The notes: generated from the letters alone by a model not told the origin. Positions 10,642-20,259 are shown, counted from the first letter of the stretch. The stretch: DNA of 64,000 bases from Fimbriimonadia bacterium (GCA_041483895.1 JBGPGO010000005.1:128001-192000), one strand, 5' to 3'. Translations and numbers: made by a program.

Positions 10642-10929
10642 CTATTTATTGTCCGATTTATTGTCAGATTCGTCTTCGCCGATGTCTCCACTGCAGAGAC
10701 GCTTAGCCAGGGTCTCCTGAGAGATGGCCGAGATAACGACCGGTCCAGAATTGGTGAAGATTACACTTTTCGTGCGCCGGCCTTGGGTCGCGTCAATCAG
10801 GTGCCCAGTCTTGCGGAGCTGTTGGATCAGCCGCCGCATGGGGGCCGATTCGCTGCTGACAAGCGCAACGATCTGCTCCGCCACGACAAAATTGTAAAAG
10901 CCGACATTCAATACCGGTGGCATAGCCAT
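10642..10929 (-). CDS. remA: RemA/DUF370 family protein
   Basis: LNVGFYNFV, SAPMRRL, LIDATQGRRTKSVI, ISAISQETLAKR. Confidence 0.88.
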   Translation of the reverse strand: MAMPPVLNVGFYNFVVAEQIVALVSSESAPMRRLIQQLRKTGHLIDATQGRRTKSVIFTNSGPVVISAISQETLAKRLCSGDIGEDESDNKSDNK

Positions 10930-11062
10930 CACCCTGCTCCCCGAAAGCAAAAATAGCGGAAAGTCGAAAAAATGACGATGAGACGCCCAGGATTATGCCA
11001 CAAGACCCTGTTACTTTCAATAGGTCGCGATATCTGAGGTTTTCTTTGTTTTTCAAAGTATC

Positions 11063-11089
11063 ACGCGCGCGGTGATTCACCGCGCGCGT
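11063..11089. terminator. Near-perfect palindrome; hairpin or protein-binding site downstream of 11105-11422
   Basis: acgcgcgcggtga-t-tcaccgcgcgcgt; no U-tract on the minus strand. Confidence 0.45.
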
Positions 11090-11104
11090 TGCGAAGTCTT
11101 GATC

Positions 11105-11422
11105 TTAGAGGGCTGCGCCGGCCGGAGGACCGCTGGGAGCGCCACCCGGCATCAACTGTCCGCCACCGGGACCTGGTGCGGGACCGCCAGGACTGGGAGC
11201 AAAACCGCCTCCACCTTGATCCTGGTTCTCCGAATTGCCCCAAAGCGGCGCCTGGCCCTGCATCTTCGACGCCTGCACGGCTTGGAGATTGGGCTGGGCC
11301 GGCGGAGGGATTTGTGCCGGCTCCTGCTGGCCGCCAAAATACCAAAACGCCGCCGCGCCGACAACACCAACCGCGATAATACCGATCAAAAACGGATCTA
11401 CGCCTTTATTTGGATTCGCCAT
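11105..11422 (-). CDS. Small single-pass membrane protein with Pro/Gly-rich tail
   Basis: AGGAG RBS, one TM helix, low-complexity C-terminus. Confidence 0.7.
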   Translation of the reverse strand: MANPNKGVDPFLIGIIAVGVVGAAAFWYFGGQQEPAQIPPPAQPNLQAVQASKMQGQAPLWGNSENQDQGGGGFAPSPGGPAPGPGGGQLMPGGAPSGPPAGAAL

Positions 11423-11451
11423 AATCGTCTCCTATTGTACCACCCCACCAC

Positions 11452-12981
11452 TTAATGCCTGAAACACCGAACATCGGTAAATAGCATCGCCATTTCATAT
11501 TTATTGACGGCCTCGATGACCTCAGGGTCCCTTTTTGACCCGCCAGGCTGAAGTATTGCTGAAATTCCCGCCTTCGCCGCTCCTTCAATCGAATCCGCGA
11601 AAGGGAAAAAGCCGTCGCTGGCCAGGACGGCCCCTTTCGCCTGCTCTGCCGCCTGCTCCAAGGCAATTCGAACGGAGCCGACGCGGTTCGTCTGACCGGA
11701 CCCGATCCCCAAGGTCCGGCCATTCTTGGCCACAACGATCCCATTCGATTTGACAAACGCAGCGATCTGCCATGCGAATGCCAGATCCGTTCGTTCTTGC
11801 TCCATTGGCTCCCGACTGGAAACGGTCCTTGGCTGAAAAGGCGGCGCTCCGACAGTCTGAACCAGCAGGCCGCCCGCGACCGACCGAATGTCATGCCCCG
11901 GCTGCCTTCTTCCCTCTCCGATGGCAAGCAGCCGCACGTTTTGGCCCCACCCGGACCGCGCCTGGATAAGCTCCGTGGCAGTTTCGGAGAACGCCGGAGC
12001 GCAAATCACCTCCAGGAACTGGTTCGGGGCGATGAGCTCCTTCGCCTCGGCATCTCCAATCGGCCGGTTGACAGCGACGATGCCACCGAACGCCGACACG
12101 GAATCGGCGTCGATGGCGGTCCGTATCGCAGCACTGGCATCCTCGGCTATCGCCGCCCCGCAGGGAGTCAGGTGCTTGACGACGACGGCGGCGGGTCCGT
12201 CGAAATCCCAACACGCGGCGATTGCGGCGTCGGCGTCGAGAATGTTGTTATAGGAAAGCTCTTTGCCGCCCAGCGGGGCCGCATGAAGCGCGCAAGGACC
12301 GAGATAGGATGGATCGATGTAGGCGGCCGCAAGCTGCCAAGGGTTTTCGCCGTATCGGAGCGTGGCCCAGCGCGGCATGGCGATCGTCAGCGGGTCCGGC
12401 ATCTCCTCTTCCCGATGGAAGTAGGCCGAAATCTGCGCGTCGTAGACGGCAACGGTCCCAAACACCTTCGCCATCAGCCTCCGCCTCGTCTCCAGAGAAA
12501 CCTGCCCTTGGCTTCGAAGCTCTTCAATCACTTTCGGGTAGTCCAGCGGGTCGCAAATCGCCGTCACGGACCGATAGTTCTTCGCAGCGGCGCGCAGCAT
12601 CGCCGGTCCGCCGATATCGATCATCTCGATCGCTTCTTCCAGCGTGTGCTCGCCTGAGACGGTTCGAATGAAGGGATACAGGTTGACCGCCAACACCTGG
12701 ATTGAGCCAATTCCATGCTCCGCGAGCGCTCTACCATGGTCGGGGTTGGATTGGTCCGCCAAGAGCCCAGCATGAATGTAGGGATGGAGCGTCTTGACGC
12801 GGCCATCGAGGATTTCCGGGAATTTCGTGATTTCCGCGACATCGGTGACGGGCAGGCCCAGGTCCCTCAAGTGCCGAGCGGTACCGCCCGTGGACACAAG
12901 CTCGAATCCAAGCCCATGGAGCTCTTCCGCAAATGAATCGATCCCGCTTTTGTCCCAGACGCTGATTAACGCTCTCTTCAC
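11452..12981 (-). CDS. purH: Bifunctional AICAR transformylase/IMP cyclohydrolase
   Basis: RALISVWDK, STGGT, GRVKTLHP, IDIGGP, LRYGENP, SDGFFPF, RCFRH; GTG start overlaps upstream stop. Confidence 0.97.
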   Translation of the reverse strand: MKRALISVWDKSGIDSFAEELHGLGFELVSTGGTARHLRDLGLPVTDVAEITKFPEILDGRVKTLHPYIHAGLLADQSNPDHGRALAEHGIGSIQVLAVNLYPFIRTVSGEHTLEEAIEMIDIGGPAMLRAAAKNYRSVTAICDPLDYPKVIEELRSQGQVSLETRRRLMAKVFGTVAVYDAQISAYFHREEEMPDPLTIAMPRWATLRYGENPWQLAAAYIDPSYLGPCALHAAPLGGKELSYNNILDADAAIAACWDFDGPAAVVVKHLTPCGAAIAEDASAAIRTAIDADSVSAFGGIVAVNRPIGDAEAKELIAPNQFLEVICAPAFSETATELIQARSGWGQNVRLLAIGEGRRQPGHDIRSVAGGLLVQTVGAPPFQPRTVSSREPMEQERTDLAFAWQIAAFVKSNGIVVAKNGRTLGIGSGQTNRVGSVRIALEQAAEQAKGAVLASDGFFPFADSIEGAAKAGISAILQPGGSKRDPEVIEAVNKYEMAMLFTDVRCFRH

Positions 12982-13529
12982 AATCGTGCCCTGAGAAGGG
13001 CAATTACGCGCCGCACGAGCTTCTCCTGCTGGTCCAGCGCGATATGAGGGCCGTCCGGCCGGCTGACTTCGGAATGGGGAACATGGATGAAGATGCAGGG
13101 GGTCTCGGTCGATGCGAGGAGGCAGTAGTACCAGAAATTGCACAGATAGCCGCCGGCGTCGTCCGAAAGCTGGACAGCTTCGAGACCGGTGGGATCGATG
13201 ACGATGCGCGACGGGATCGTTTCGGGCCCAGGCGGGAGCGATGCGGCGTCTCCGGCCGTTCCCGCCATGTCCGACGTCTCATTGGCCGTGCGGAGCGCTT
13301 GGGTCTCCAGCCGAATCACCGCGTCGCCGCCATGAACACCCATTGCCACAATAAGGTCGGCCGGGGGAATGGCCGCAGCGGCAGTGAGGGCATCCGCGTA
13401 TGTCACCGGGAGAATGCGTGATTCAACCTCGAAACCATCGACCCCGACGGCCAGACGCATGGCCAGCGCCGCGGAGGGGTTGTCCGATATCGTGCGAAAC
13501 GATCCGAAGCCGGTTATCCAAAGCCGCAC
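12978..13529 (-). CDS. pcp: Pyroglutamyl-peptidase I (peptidase C15)
   Basis: ITGFGSF..NPS, RLE, SDDAGGYLCN, FIHVP (E-C-H triad). Confidence 0.85.
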   Translation of the reverse strand: MRLWITGFGSFRTISDNPSAALAMRLAVGVDGFEVESRILPVTYADALTAAAAIPPADLIVAMGVHGGDAVIRLETQALRTANETSDMAGTAGDAASLPPGPETIPSRIVIDPTGLEAVQLSDDAGGYLCNFWYYCLLASTETPCIFIHVPHSEVSRPDGPHIALDQQEKLVRRVIALLRARL

Positions 13530-13532
13530 AGC

Positions 13533-15038
13533 TTACTTGATACCGCCGTCCCCCGCCGGGGAGGCGACCACAACTCGGACCAGTTTCGTTGTCGGACGGC
13601 CTTGGGAATCCAGGGCGGTCAGGGTGAAGGTGGTGGTCTTCGTTACGTCAACCTCCATGCTTCCGCTTTCCGGGCTGATCGAGCCGACGTCGCTATCGAT
13701 CGATGCCTGTGTCGCGCCTCGAATCTCCCAACTTAGGGTCACCTTCCCGCCATCCGTGGGCAGCGTTGGCGGATCGGCGGCGAACTTCGCGATCTCCGCG
13801 TCGCTATCATCCACCTGAATCATGAAGCTCTTCGTGACGGTCTTGTTGTCGCTGTTGACGGCGACGAAATCGTATTTGCCGGAGCGCGGGAACACGATAT
13901 CTTTCGAGTGCAGGAACGGCTCGAGCTGAATATCAAGCGGGGTGATGAAGATGCGGACCGCCTTTTCCACGGCATAGGTGATCGTCGTCGGCTGGCCCTT
14001 CTTCACGCGTTTGGGATTGACGGTGAACTCTTTGATCTCCGGCATCGGCGCCTCTTGCGGGCTGTTGACCGTTATCGTCTTGTCCAGCCTGCTCTGGCCC
14101 ATCTTGCCTTCCGCGACGATCTCCAGCTTCCCGGTCTTTGGCGGCGCGAAGGTGAACGAACCGCTCGGCTTCAGGTTGGACTCTAGCACCTTGCCATCGT
14201 ATTCCAACTGAATCATCGCCGCATTGTTGGCGGTCCAGGTCACCGTGACCTCCTCCCCTTCTGTCACCGTCTCGCTATCCACAGTGAACCGGGTGATTTG
14301 AGACGGGCGGGGCCAGACGTACCAGCCGACGAGCACCAGTACGGCGATGACCACCAAGCTGATGAGAACGGACGGGCTAAGCATCCCTTTGCGCTCAATC
14401 TGCCCCTGGGCCGTGGCCGACACGTGGGAATTCTCCACCGAACGCGCCGAAACGGAGAATCCGTACAGACGCGGGGAGGAGATAATCGGCAGGCTGGTCG
14501 CCATGGCCGCCAGTCCGACCTCAGCCTGCCCTCCCGCAGGTAAGGTTTTCCGCTCCTCATCATATTGGTAGGTGCAGCCATCTTCCGGATCGGAGGCGAA
14601 CAGCTGGACGTGCTGCTCGGTATTTCCCAGATTGGCGACGATCGTTCGGAACTGCGCCGACCGGGAAAACGGCGAAATATCCCCACGCTTGGGCGCCAAT
14701 TCAATCGTCAGCAGGTTGAGCGGCTTTACGGTCACGCTTCCCTGCCGGGAAACCTTCTCTCCCGATTCCAACGACTTTACGCTGAGAACGAACGGGTAGA
14801 CGCCGGCGCGGCTCTCGCTGCTGCGTGGCGGCTTGACGAGCACCCGCTCCCTCGTCTCTTCTCCCGGTTGGAGGGTAAACGCAGGCACGGGAATGGCGCA
14901 CCATTCAAGATCGAGCCCTTCCACCTCCAACGCATACCGGCCCGCGGCATCGCCGGTATTGGCGACAACAACCTGGATCTTGACGGTACCGCCCGGCTCG
15001 ACAGCGAGTTCTTCTTGTTCGAGGGTGACGGTTATCAT
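13533..15038 (-). CDS. Bitopic membrane protein with Ig-like domains on both sides of a TM helix
   Basis: Beta-rich N-terminal domains (NTG, AGVYPF), TM ~aa222-242, three repeats IxxF..P....G..vTlxW. Confidence 0.7.
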   Translation of the reverse strand: MITVTLEQEELAVEPGGTVKIQVVVANTGDAAGRYALEVEGLDLEWCAIPVPAFTLQPGEETRERVLVKPPRSSESRAGVYPFVLSVKSLESGEKVSRQGSVTVKPLNLLTIELAPKRGDISPFSRSAQFRTIVANLGNTEQHVQLFASDPEDGCTYQYDEERKTLPAGGQAEVGLAAMATSLPIISSPRLYGFSVSARSVENSHVSATAQGQIERKGMLSPSVLISLVVIAVLVLVGWYVWPRPSQITRFTVDSETVTEGEEVTVTWTANNAAMIQLEYDGKVLESNLKPSGSFTFAPPKTGKLEIVAEGKMGQSRLDKTITVNSPQEAPMPEIKEFTVNPKRVKKGQPTTITYAVEKAVRIFITPLDIQLEPFLHSKDIVFPRSGKYDFVAVNSDNKTVTKSFMIQVDDSDAEIAKFAADPPTLPTDGGKVTLSWEIRGATQASIDSDVGSISPESGSMEVDVTKTTTFTLTALDSQGRPTTKLVRVVVASPAGDGGIK

Positions 15039-15139
15039 TGGGTGATCGAATTCCGGGAGGATTATACGAAATCCCTTCGTAGGGTGTCAACGCGACCCGG
15101 TTGTGGGTTCGCCGAAGTCCTAGGTAGACTCATCCCGCC

Positions 15140-15856
15140 ATGACGATCAAGGAAACAACCCTGCGGGTTCCCGCAAGCTGCCGTCCGGCGGACGAAGGCC
15201 GAACCAAGAGTCAGTTCACCGAGAGCGTGGAAGAGTACTCCGAGGGAATTTTCCGGCTGCAGCAGGACTCCGAGAAGGTGACCACAGGCGAATTGGCGAC
15301 TTACATGACCGTTTCGCCGGGGTCGGTCACGACGATGGTGAAGAAGCTCCAGGAGCTTGGTCTGGTCAATCATGAAAAATACCAAGGCATTCGCCTCACG
15401 CCAATGGGCGAACAGTTGGCGAAGCAGCTCACGCGAACGCATCGCATTCTGGAAGTCTTCTTGGTGGACATGCTCGAACTGCCTTGGAACGATGTCCACG
15501 AATTGGCTTGCAAGCTGGAGCATTATCTGCCGGACGACCTGATCCGGCGGATCGAGCGGAAGCTCGGGCATCCGAAAACCTGCCCTCATGGCAACCCGGT
15601 CAATCCTGAGGAACCGCACGGCAGCTATCGTTTGCGCGAGGCCCACGTTGGGGATCATCTGCAGGTCGTGCGGATAACGGACGAGCGCGTGGAGTTCTTG
15701 CACCATCTTGAGGAACTTCAATTGACTCCCGGCGCGGAATTCGATGTCCTCGGTTCCGAGCCGTTCGACGAGCTGATCCGTTTGCGAATCAACGGCAATG
15801 AGCACACGGTCGGGCGAGCTGTTTCCACCCACCTTTGGGTTAAAAAACCGAGTTAG
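15140..15856 (+). CDS. DtxR/MntR-family metal-dependent regulator (with FeoA domain), copy 1
   Basis: SVTTMVKKL HTH, HRILEVFL, ACKLEH, CPHGNP. Confidence 0.92.
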   Translation: MTIKETTLRVPASCRPADEGRTKSQFTESVEEYSEGIFRLQQDSEKVTTGELATYMTVSPGSVTTMVKKLQELGLVNHEKYQGIRLTPMGEQLAKQLTRTHRILEVFLVDMLELPWNDVHELACKLEHYLPDDLIRRIERKLGHPKTCPHGNPVNPEEPHGSYRLREAHVGDHLQVVRITDERVEFLHHLEELQLTPGAEFDVLGSEPFDELIRLRINGNEHTVGRAVSTHLWVKKPS

Positions 15857-16306
15857 TGGCCCCTCCGGCAGGACAACACCGAATATTTGAGAATATTAAC
15901 CCCAGTGTTAATGTTTGATTCTTCCGTCTTGGGAACTAGTTCTAACCATACTGTCCCTTTGACGAGTTGACAGATCGGCGAAGGCGTTTGATAATTCACG
16001 CAGAGACTGATACCTGTCGGACGCGGCATGCGCCAAAGTCTGCGTTCCTGATTGTCGTTTTTTTTGATTGATTAGAGGAAGGGAAGAGAGAGATAGCTTG
16101 ACACGCTCGCAGTACGGGTCCAAACGACGCTGGCAATATGCTTCTCCTATCGCGGCCATGCCGTGCCTGGCACGCCGCTTCATTTCCTCCTCCCATCAGA
16201 CATCGCCAATCAGATTTAACCGGCCCGAAAGCGCCCCCGCGAACGTGGGGTGGCCAATCGGCCCGAACGAATTTTCCCGCAGCGACGAGAATTTTTCCAA
16301 AATACC

Positions 16307-16335
16307 TTGTCAGAAGGCCTGGCCTCTGATATGAT
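16307..16335 (+). promoter_or_regulatory. Sigma70-type promoter of the TPR gene with an inverted repeat across the spacer
   Basis: TTGTCA-N17-TATGAT with extended TG; tcagaaggcc-t-ggcctctga dyad. Confidence 0.6.
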
Positions 16336-16382
16336 TTCCTTGTTGCTCCGGGCTGCCACGTCAGACAGTCTTAGGTGAGTTC

Positions 16383-17165
16383 GTGATGTCAGCAATGTTT
16401 GATAATTATTCCGCAGCGGCGGGAATGGGAAAGGGAGAAGAAGGCTGTGGGCCGCCGGTGATTCCGGTCATCGGTCCTGCATCGATTATCCCTGAGCGAG
16501 ATACGGCCGAGTTTTCGGTCGCGGAATATCGTGAGAAAGCTCACGTGCTTCGGCTTTGCGGACGATGGTCCGAGGCGGTGGAAGCCGCCCGAAAAGCGAT
16601 CTCCCTCGATCCGCTCGACCCTTGTGGACGAAATCTTTTAGTCAATATCCTGCTCGATCGCGGCGAATACTCGGACGTTGTTCGAGAATCCGCGACCTGG
16701 CTGGAGCTTCAGCCTTACAATACCGGCGCCCTGGAGGCGCTCGCAAAGGCCCATTGGTACCGGAGCGAAATCGACAACGCCCTGCGGGTGATGTCGCGGC
16801 TTCTCCATCTAAGTCCCTATGAACCGAATTACCGATTCCAAAGAGGCGTACTTTATCAATATAAAGGCGCATGGGGACTTGCGATGGATGATTTCCTTGC
16901 GGTACTAAGCGGACGTTGCGCGGAAGAGTTGCGAAACAGAACGCAAGAGGCGGTAACGAGCCTGGAACATTGGCAATTGCGCCTCATCGCCATGCTCATC
17001 GTCGAATCGTATCAGTTTCGCATGGAGTTTCTCATTGATGCAGAGGAAGCCGTTCGCGGCAGGGGATTCCGATTGACCGAGGCCGGGATTGCGGTCCTGC
17101 GTTTCCTTCCTTACGGAAATCAGTTCGGAACGGATGCCCAATCGTCATTCTATCGGTACGAATAA
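16383..17165 (+). CDS. Tetratricopeptide repeat protein
   Basis: About four TPRs (EAVEAARKAISLDP, LELQP, LHLSP). Confidence 0.85.
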   Translation: MMSAMFDNYSAAAGMGKGEEGCGPPVIPVIGPASIIPERDTAEFSVAEYREKAHVLRLCGRWSEAVEAARKAISLDPLDPCGRNLLVNILLDRGEYSDVVRESATWLELQPYNTGALEALAKAHWYRSEIDNALRVMSRLLHLSPYEPNYRFQRGVLYQYKGAWGLAMDDFLAVLSGRCAEELRNRTQEAVTSLEHWQLRLIAMLIVESYQFRMEFLIDAEEAVRGRGFRLTEAGIAVLRFLPYGNQFGTDAQSSFYRYE

Positions 17166-17184
17166 ATTCATTCCATTTAGCAGG

Positions 17185-17218
17185 GAGTGGCCGCGAAGTT
17201 TTCGCGGCCACTCTTTTT
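17185..17218 (+). terminator. Rho-independent terminator
   Basis: gagtggccgcgaa-gtt-ttcgcggccactc then TTTTT. Confidence 0.9.
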
Positions 17219-17319
17219 ATGCGCTCAAAACGGCGCCGCTAGGCTCAAATCGGCTCGAATTACCCCGCTCAGCCACAAGCAACTCCCGAACTCGTCCCGA
17301 TTTGCCGATAATATGTTTG

Positions 17320-17354
17320 TTAGTCTTGGCTAATAATCAAAGTTGTGCTATACT
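17320..17354 (+). promoter_or_regulatory. Putative MntR/SirR-type operator overlapping the promoter of the mntR-mntH operon
   Basis: TTAG-N6-CTAA dyad (17320-17333) over -35 TTGGCT; N17; extended -10 TGCTATACT; ATG 8 nt later. Confidence 0.7.
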
Positions 17355-17362
17355 AATTCACG

Positions 17363-18031
17363 ATGATTGCCCAAACTATCTCCGTCGAGGACTATCTGAA
17401 GGCGCTTTACGGGCTTGGCGCCCTGACAGATTTTGTTCGGCCCGCCCGAATCGCGGTCCGGCTCAGCATTTCGCGGCCATCGGCCGGCGCGATGCTGGGG
17501 CGGCTGGAGGAGGGCGGGTTTGTGGAATCCGAAAAGGGACGAGGGTACCGATTGACATCGGAGGGAGCGCAGCGGGCGTTGCGCGTCGTTCGCAAGCATC
17601 GGATATTGGAACTCTATCTCGTGCGGGTCCTGAAGCTCGATTGGGAGGCCGTGCATGAGGAGGCCGAACGGCTGGAGCACGCGCTTTCCGACCGCGTCGA
17701 AGCCGCCATGTCCCACGCGCTGGGCGATCCCGAGTGGGACCCTGAGGGCCAGCCGATCCCGACGCAGGACCTGCAAGTGGCCGTACGAGATCTTCTTCCT
17801 CTCGGCGCGTCCGCACCCGGCGGCGATTTCATTGTTCGGGAGCTTCGCAACGAGGCGCCGGAACGATTGCGGCGATTTCGCGACAGGGGCCTGGTGCCGG
17901 GCGCCCGCGTTTCCGTTGAGGAATACGACGAGATCGACGATCTGTACACCCTTCGAATTGGCCGCAAGAAGGTAGTGATTGGAACGGAAGGGTTGGACGG
18001 AGTGTTCGTGGAGGCCGCCACCGAGCCATGA
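17363..18031 (+). CDS. mntR: DtxR/MntR-family manganese-dependent repressor, copy 2
   Basis: VEDYLKAL, HRILELYL, EAERLEH; directly upstream of mntH. Confidence 0.88.
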   Translation: MIAQTISVEDYLKALYGLGALTDFVRPARIAVRLSISRPSAGAMLGRLEEGGFVESEKGRGYRLTSEGAQRALRVVRKHRILELYLVRVLKLDWEAVHEEAERLEHALSDRVEAAMSHALGDPEWDPEGQPIPTQDLQVAVRDLLPLGASAPGGDFIVRELRNEAPERLRRFRDRGLVPGARVSVEEYDEIDDLYTLRIGRKKVVIGTEGLDGVFVEAATEP

Positions 18032-19440
18032 GATCGCGAACCAAGGTGATCAACCATCGCAATGGCCGCGAAGCGCCTTCCCTGGTCGAGGTGTATCGAA
18101 GCGTTCGATTACCCGAAGGCGCTAGGGGAATCCGCCGCTTCCTTGCGTTCGCCGGTCCCGGCTTCTTGGTGAGCGTCGGCTACATGGACCCCGGCAACTG
18201 GTCGTCCGATCTGTCCGGCGGCTCCATTTTCGGCTACAAGCTTCTTTGGGTAATTCTCGCATCCAACCTTATGGCGCAACTGCTACAGGTTCTATGCGCG
18301 CGATTTGGGTTGGTGACCGGCCGTGATCTGGCGCAAGCCTGCCGCGACTATTACAAGAGGCCGGTATCCATTGCCTTGTGGCTGATCTGTGAAATCGCCA
18401 TCGTCGCGTGCGATTTTGCCGAGGTGATTGGGTCGGCGGTGGCGCTGAACCTGTTGCTGGGCATTCCTCTCGTCATGGGCGTCTTTATCACAAGTGCGGA
18501 CGTTCTCATATTGCTGGCCCTTATGCGATTCGGTTTTCGACTGATTGAGGCGATTGTCATCACTCTGGTCACGACCATAGGGGTCTGCTTCGCCATCGAA
18601 TTAATTATGGCCAAGCCGGATCTGGCGGCAATCGGGGTAGGGATGATCAAACCCGCGATCCCTAACTTTCAGGCGCTGTACATTTCGCTGAGCATCTTAG
18701 GGGCTACAGTGATGCCGCACAATTTGTATCTTCACTCTTCCATCGTCCAAACCCGCGCAACGGAGCCGACGGAAGATGGATTGCGGGAGGCGATCAAGAA
18801 CAACACGTGGGATACGATTTTGGCACTCAGCGCGGCGTTCTTCGTCAACGCTGCGATCTTGGTGCTCGCCGCAGCCGTGTTCCACGGAACGGTGGGAAAG
18901 GTGGAAGAGCTGCAGGACGCACACAGGCTGCTCACGCCGCTGTTGGGCGGCGGGGCTTCCACGCTGTTCGCCGTCGCTCTCCTTGCATCCGGCCAGTCGT
19001 CCACCATCACCGGGACGCTGGCGGGTCAGATCGTCATGGAGGGCTTCCTGCGCATTCGGATCACGCCCTGGCTGCGGCGTCTGATCACTCGACTCCTCGC
19101 CATCATTCCGGCTGCGATTCTCATTGCGGTTTCGGGCGGAAAGAACACCGTGGACCTGCTGAACCTCTCTCAAGTCGTCCTTTCCATGCAGCTCTCGTTC
19201 GCTACCTTTCCTCTCGTGATGTTTACGTCCGACAAAAAACGAATGGGGAAGTATGTCAATCCGCTGTGGCTGAAAGTGGTCGGCTACGCCGTTTGCACGA
19301 TAATCGCCGGACTGAACATCTATCTGCTCTACAAGAGCATCTCTCCTCTTTTGCTGTGGGGGATTGCCTCCGTGACGGTGGGTTTCGCTGTATGGGTGAT
19401 GGTTTTCTACAAGGGGAAGGAAAGGGAAGCGAAGATGTGA
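18028..19440 (+). CDS. mntH: Nramp divalent metal (Mn2+) transporter
   Basis: GYMDPGNW, VMPHNLYLHS, GQSSTITGTLAGQIVMEGF. Confidence 0.97.
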   Translation: MRSRTKVINHRNGREAPSLVEVYRSVRLPEGARGIRRFLAFAGPGFLVSVGYMDPGNWSSDLSGGSIFGYKLLWVILASNLMAQLLQVLCARFGLVTGRDLAQACRDYYKRPVSIALWLICEIAIVACDFAEVIGSAVALNLLLGIPLVMGVFITSADVLILLALMRFGFRLIEAIVITLVTTIGVCFAIELIMAKPDLAAIGVGMIKPAIPNFQALYISLSILGATVMPHNLYLHSSIVQTRATEPTEDGLREAIKNNTWDTILALSAAFFVNAAILVLAAAVFHGTVGKVEELQDAHRLLTPLLGGGASTLFAVALLASGQSSTITGTLAGQIVMEGFLRIRITPWLRRLITRLLAIIPAAILIAVSGGKNTVDLLNLSQVVLSMQLSFATFPLVMFTSDKKRMGKYVNPLWLKVVGYAVCTIIAGLNIYLLYKSISPLLLWGIASVTVGFAVWVMVFYKGKEREAKM

Positions 19441-19562
19441 CGCTGCTATCGCTTGCCCTGCTCACTACCGGATTCGCGCCGTTGCCGACGGCTCTGCAAA
19501 CGGCTGTGCCGAATGAGGCCATCAACACCGATCGGCCGGATTTCACAGAGGCTTCTCGATGA
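19437..19562 (+). pseudogene. Truncated outer-membrane channel gene (Phenol_MetA_deg-like N-terminus)
   Basis: GTGA overlap with mntH stop; signal peptide then INTDRPDFTEAS, stop after 41 aa. Confidence 0.6.
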
Positions 19563-19617
19563 ACGGCGACGACCGAAAGCCGTTTGTCGGGTTCGGATTT
19601 GCTTTCCGGTATTGACG

Positions 19618-20259
19618 CTACGCGGTCAGAACCGTGCCTTTTTCCAGGCGCATGTCGGTATCGGCCCGTTCTAACACGTCGGCCATCCCGTCCATTGAGC
19701 AAGCGACGCCCGTGGTGAAGCTGAACGGCGGCAGACGTAGCATCTGCCTGGCCTCCAGCAGCGATGCCCTCATGCGGGCCAACATCACGGCGGCGCCCGC
19801 CTTATCGGTATCGGTCAGGATGATCCCGAACTCGTCCCCGCCGATGCGTGCGACGGTATCGGCCCCTCGCACGGAGCGAATTAGATAGTTCGCGGTCGCC
19901 CGGATCGCCAGGTCCCCAACTTCGCGGCCATGCTCCTTGTTCAGCGTCTCCAGCCCGTCGATATCGAGCGTGATGACGCACAAATTTGTCCCGTGCCGCC
20001 TAGCCTGGGTGATGTCGCGGGCGATGGACCGCTCGAACTCTGGCCGCAAGATGAGACCGGTAAGCGGATCGCAGGTGGAGGGCAATGGCTCTCGCTCGGG
20101 CCGCTTCGTCAGCGCGACACCGGACAACCCAACGATAAGAACCATGGCGACCGACTTCGCGAAGCCCAGCATGCACGGCATGTTTGGCGGTCCCATTTCG
20201 AAAACCATAACCGTTGCAACGGATAATCCGAAGAGAAGAAGTATCGTTTTTGCTACCAA
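19618..20259 (-). CDS. Membrane-bound GGDEF diguanylate cyclase
   Basis: Two TM helices, DPLTGL, DIDGL..LNKEHG..VGD, ARIGGDEF; start uncertain. Confidence 0.88.
   Translation of the reverse strand: MVAKTILLLFGLSVATVMVFEMGPPNMPCMLGFAKSVAMVLIVGLSGVALTKRPEREPLPSTCDPLTGLILRPEFERSIARDITQARRHGTNLCVITLDIDGLETLNKEHGREVGDLAIRATANYLIRSVRGADTVARIGGDEFGIILTDTDKAGAAVMLARMRASLLEARQMLRLPPFSFTTGVACSMDGMADVLERADTDMRLEKGTVLTA

Noticed and set aside
12982..13143. N-terminal extension of PurH in the ORF track, or a ZTP riboswitch
   Set aside because: Region is pcp coding sequence; PurH homology starts at GTG 12981
17220..17362. yybP-ykoY Mn riboswitch upstream of mntR-mntH
   Set aside because: The -10 box is 8 nt from the ATG, leaving no leader for a riboswitch
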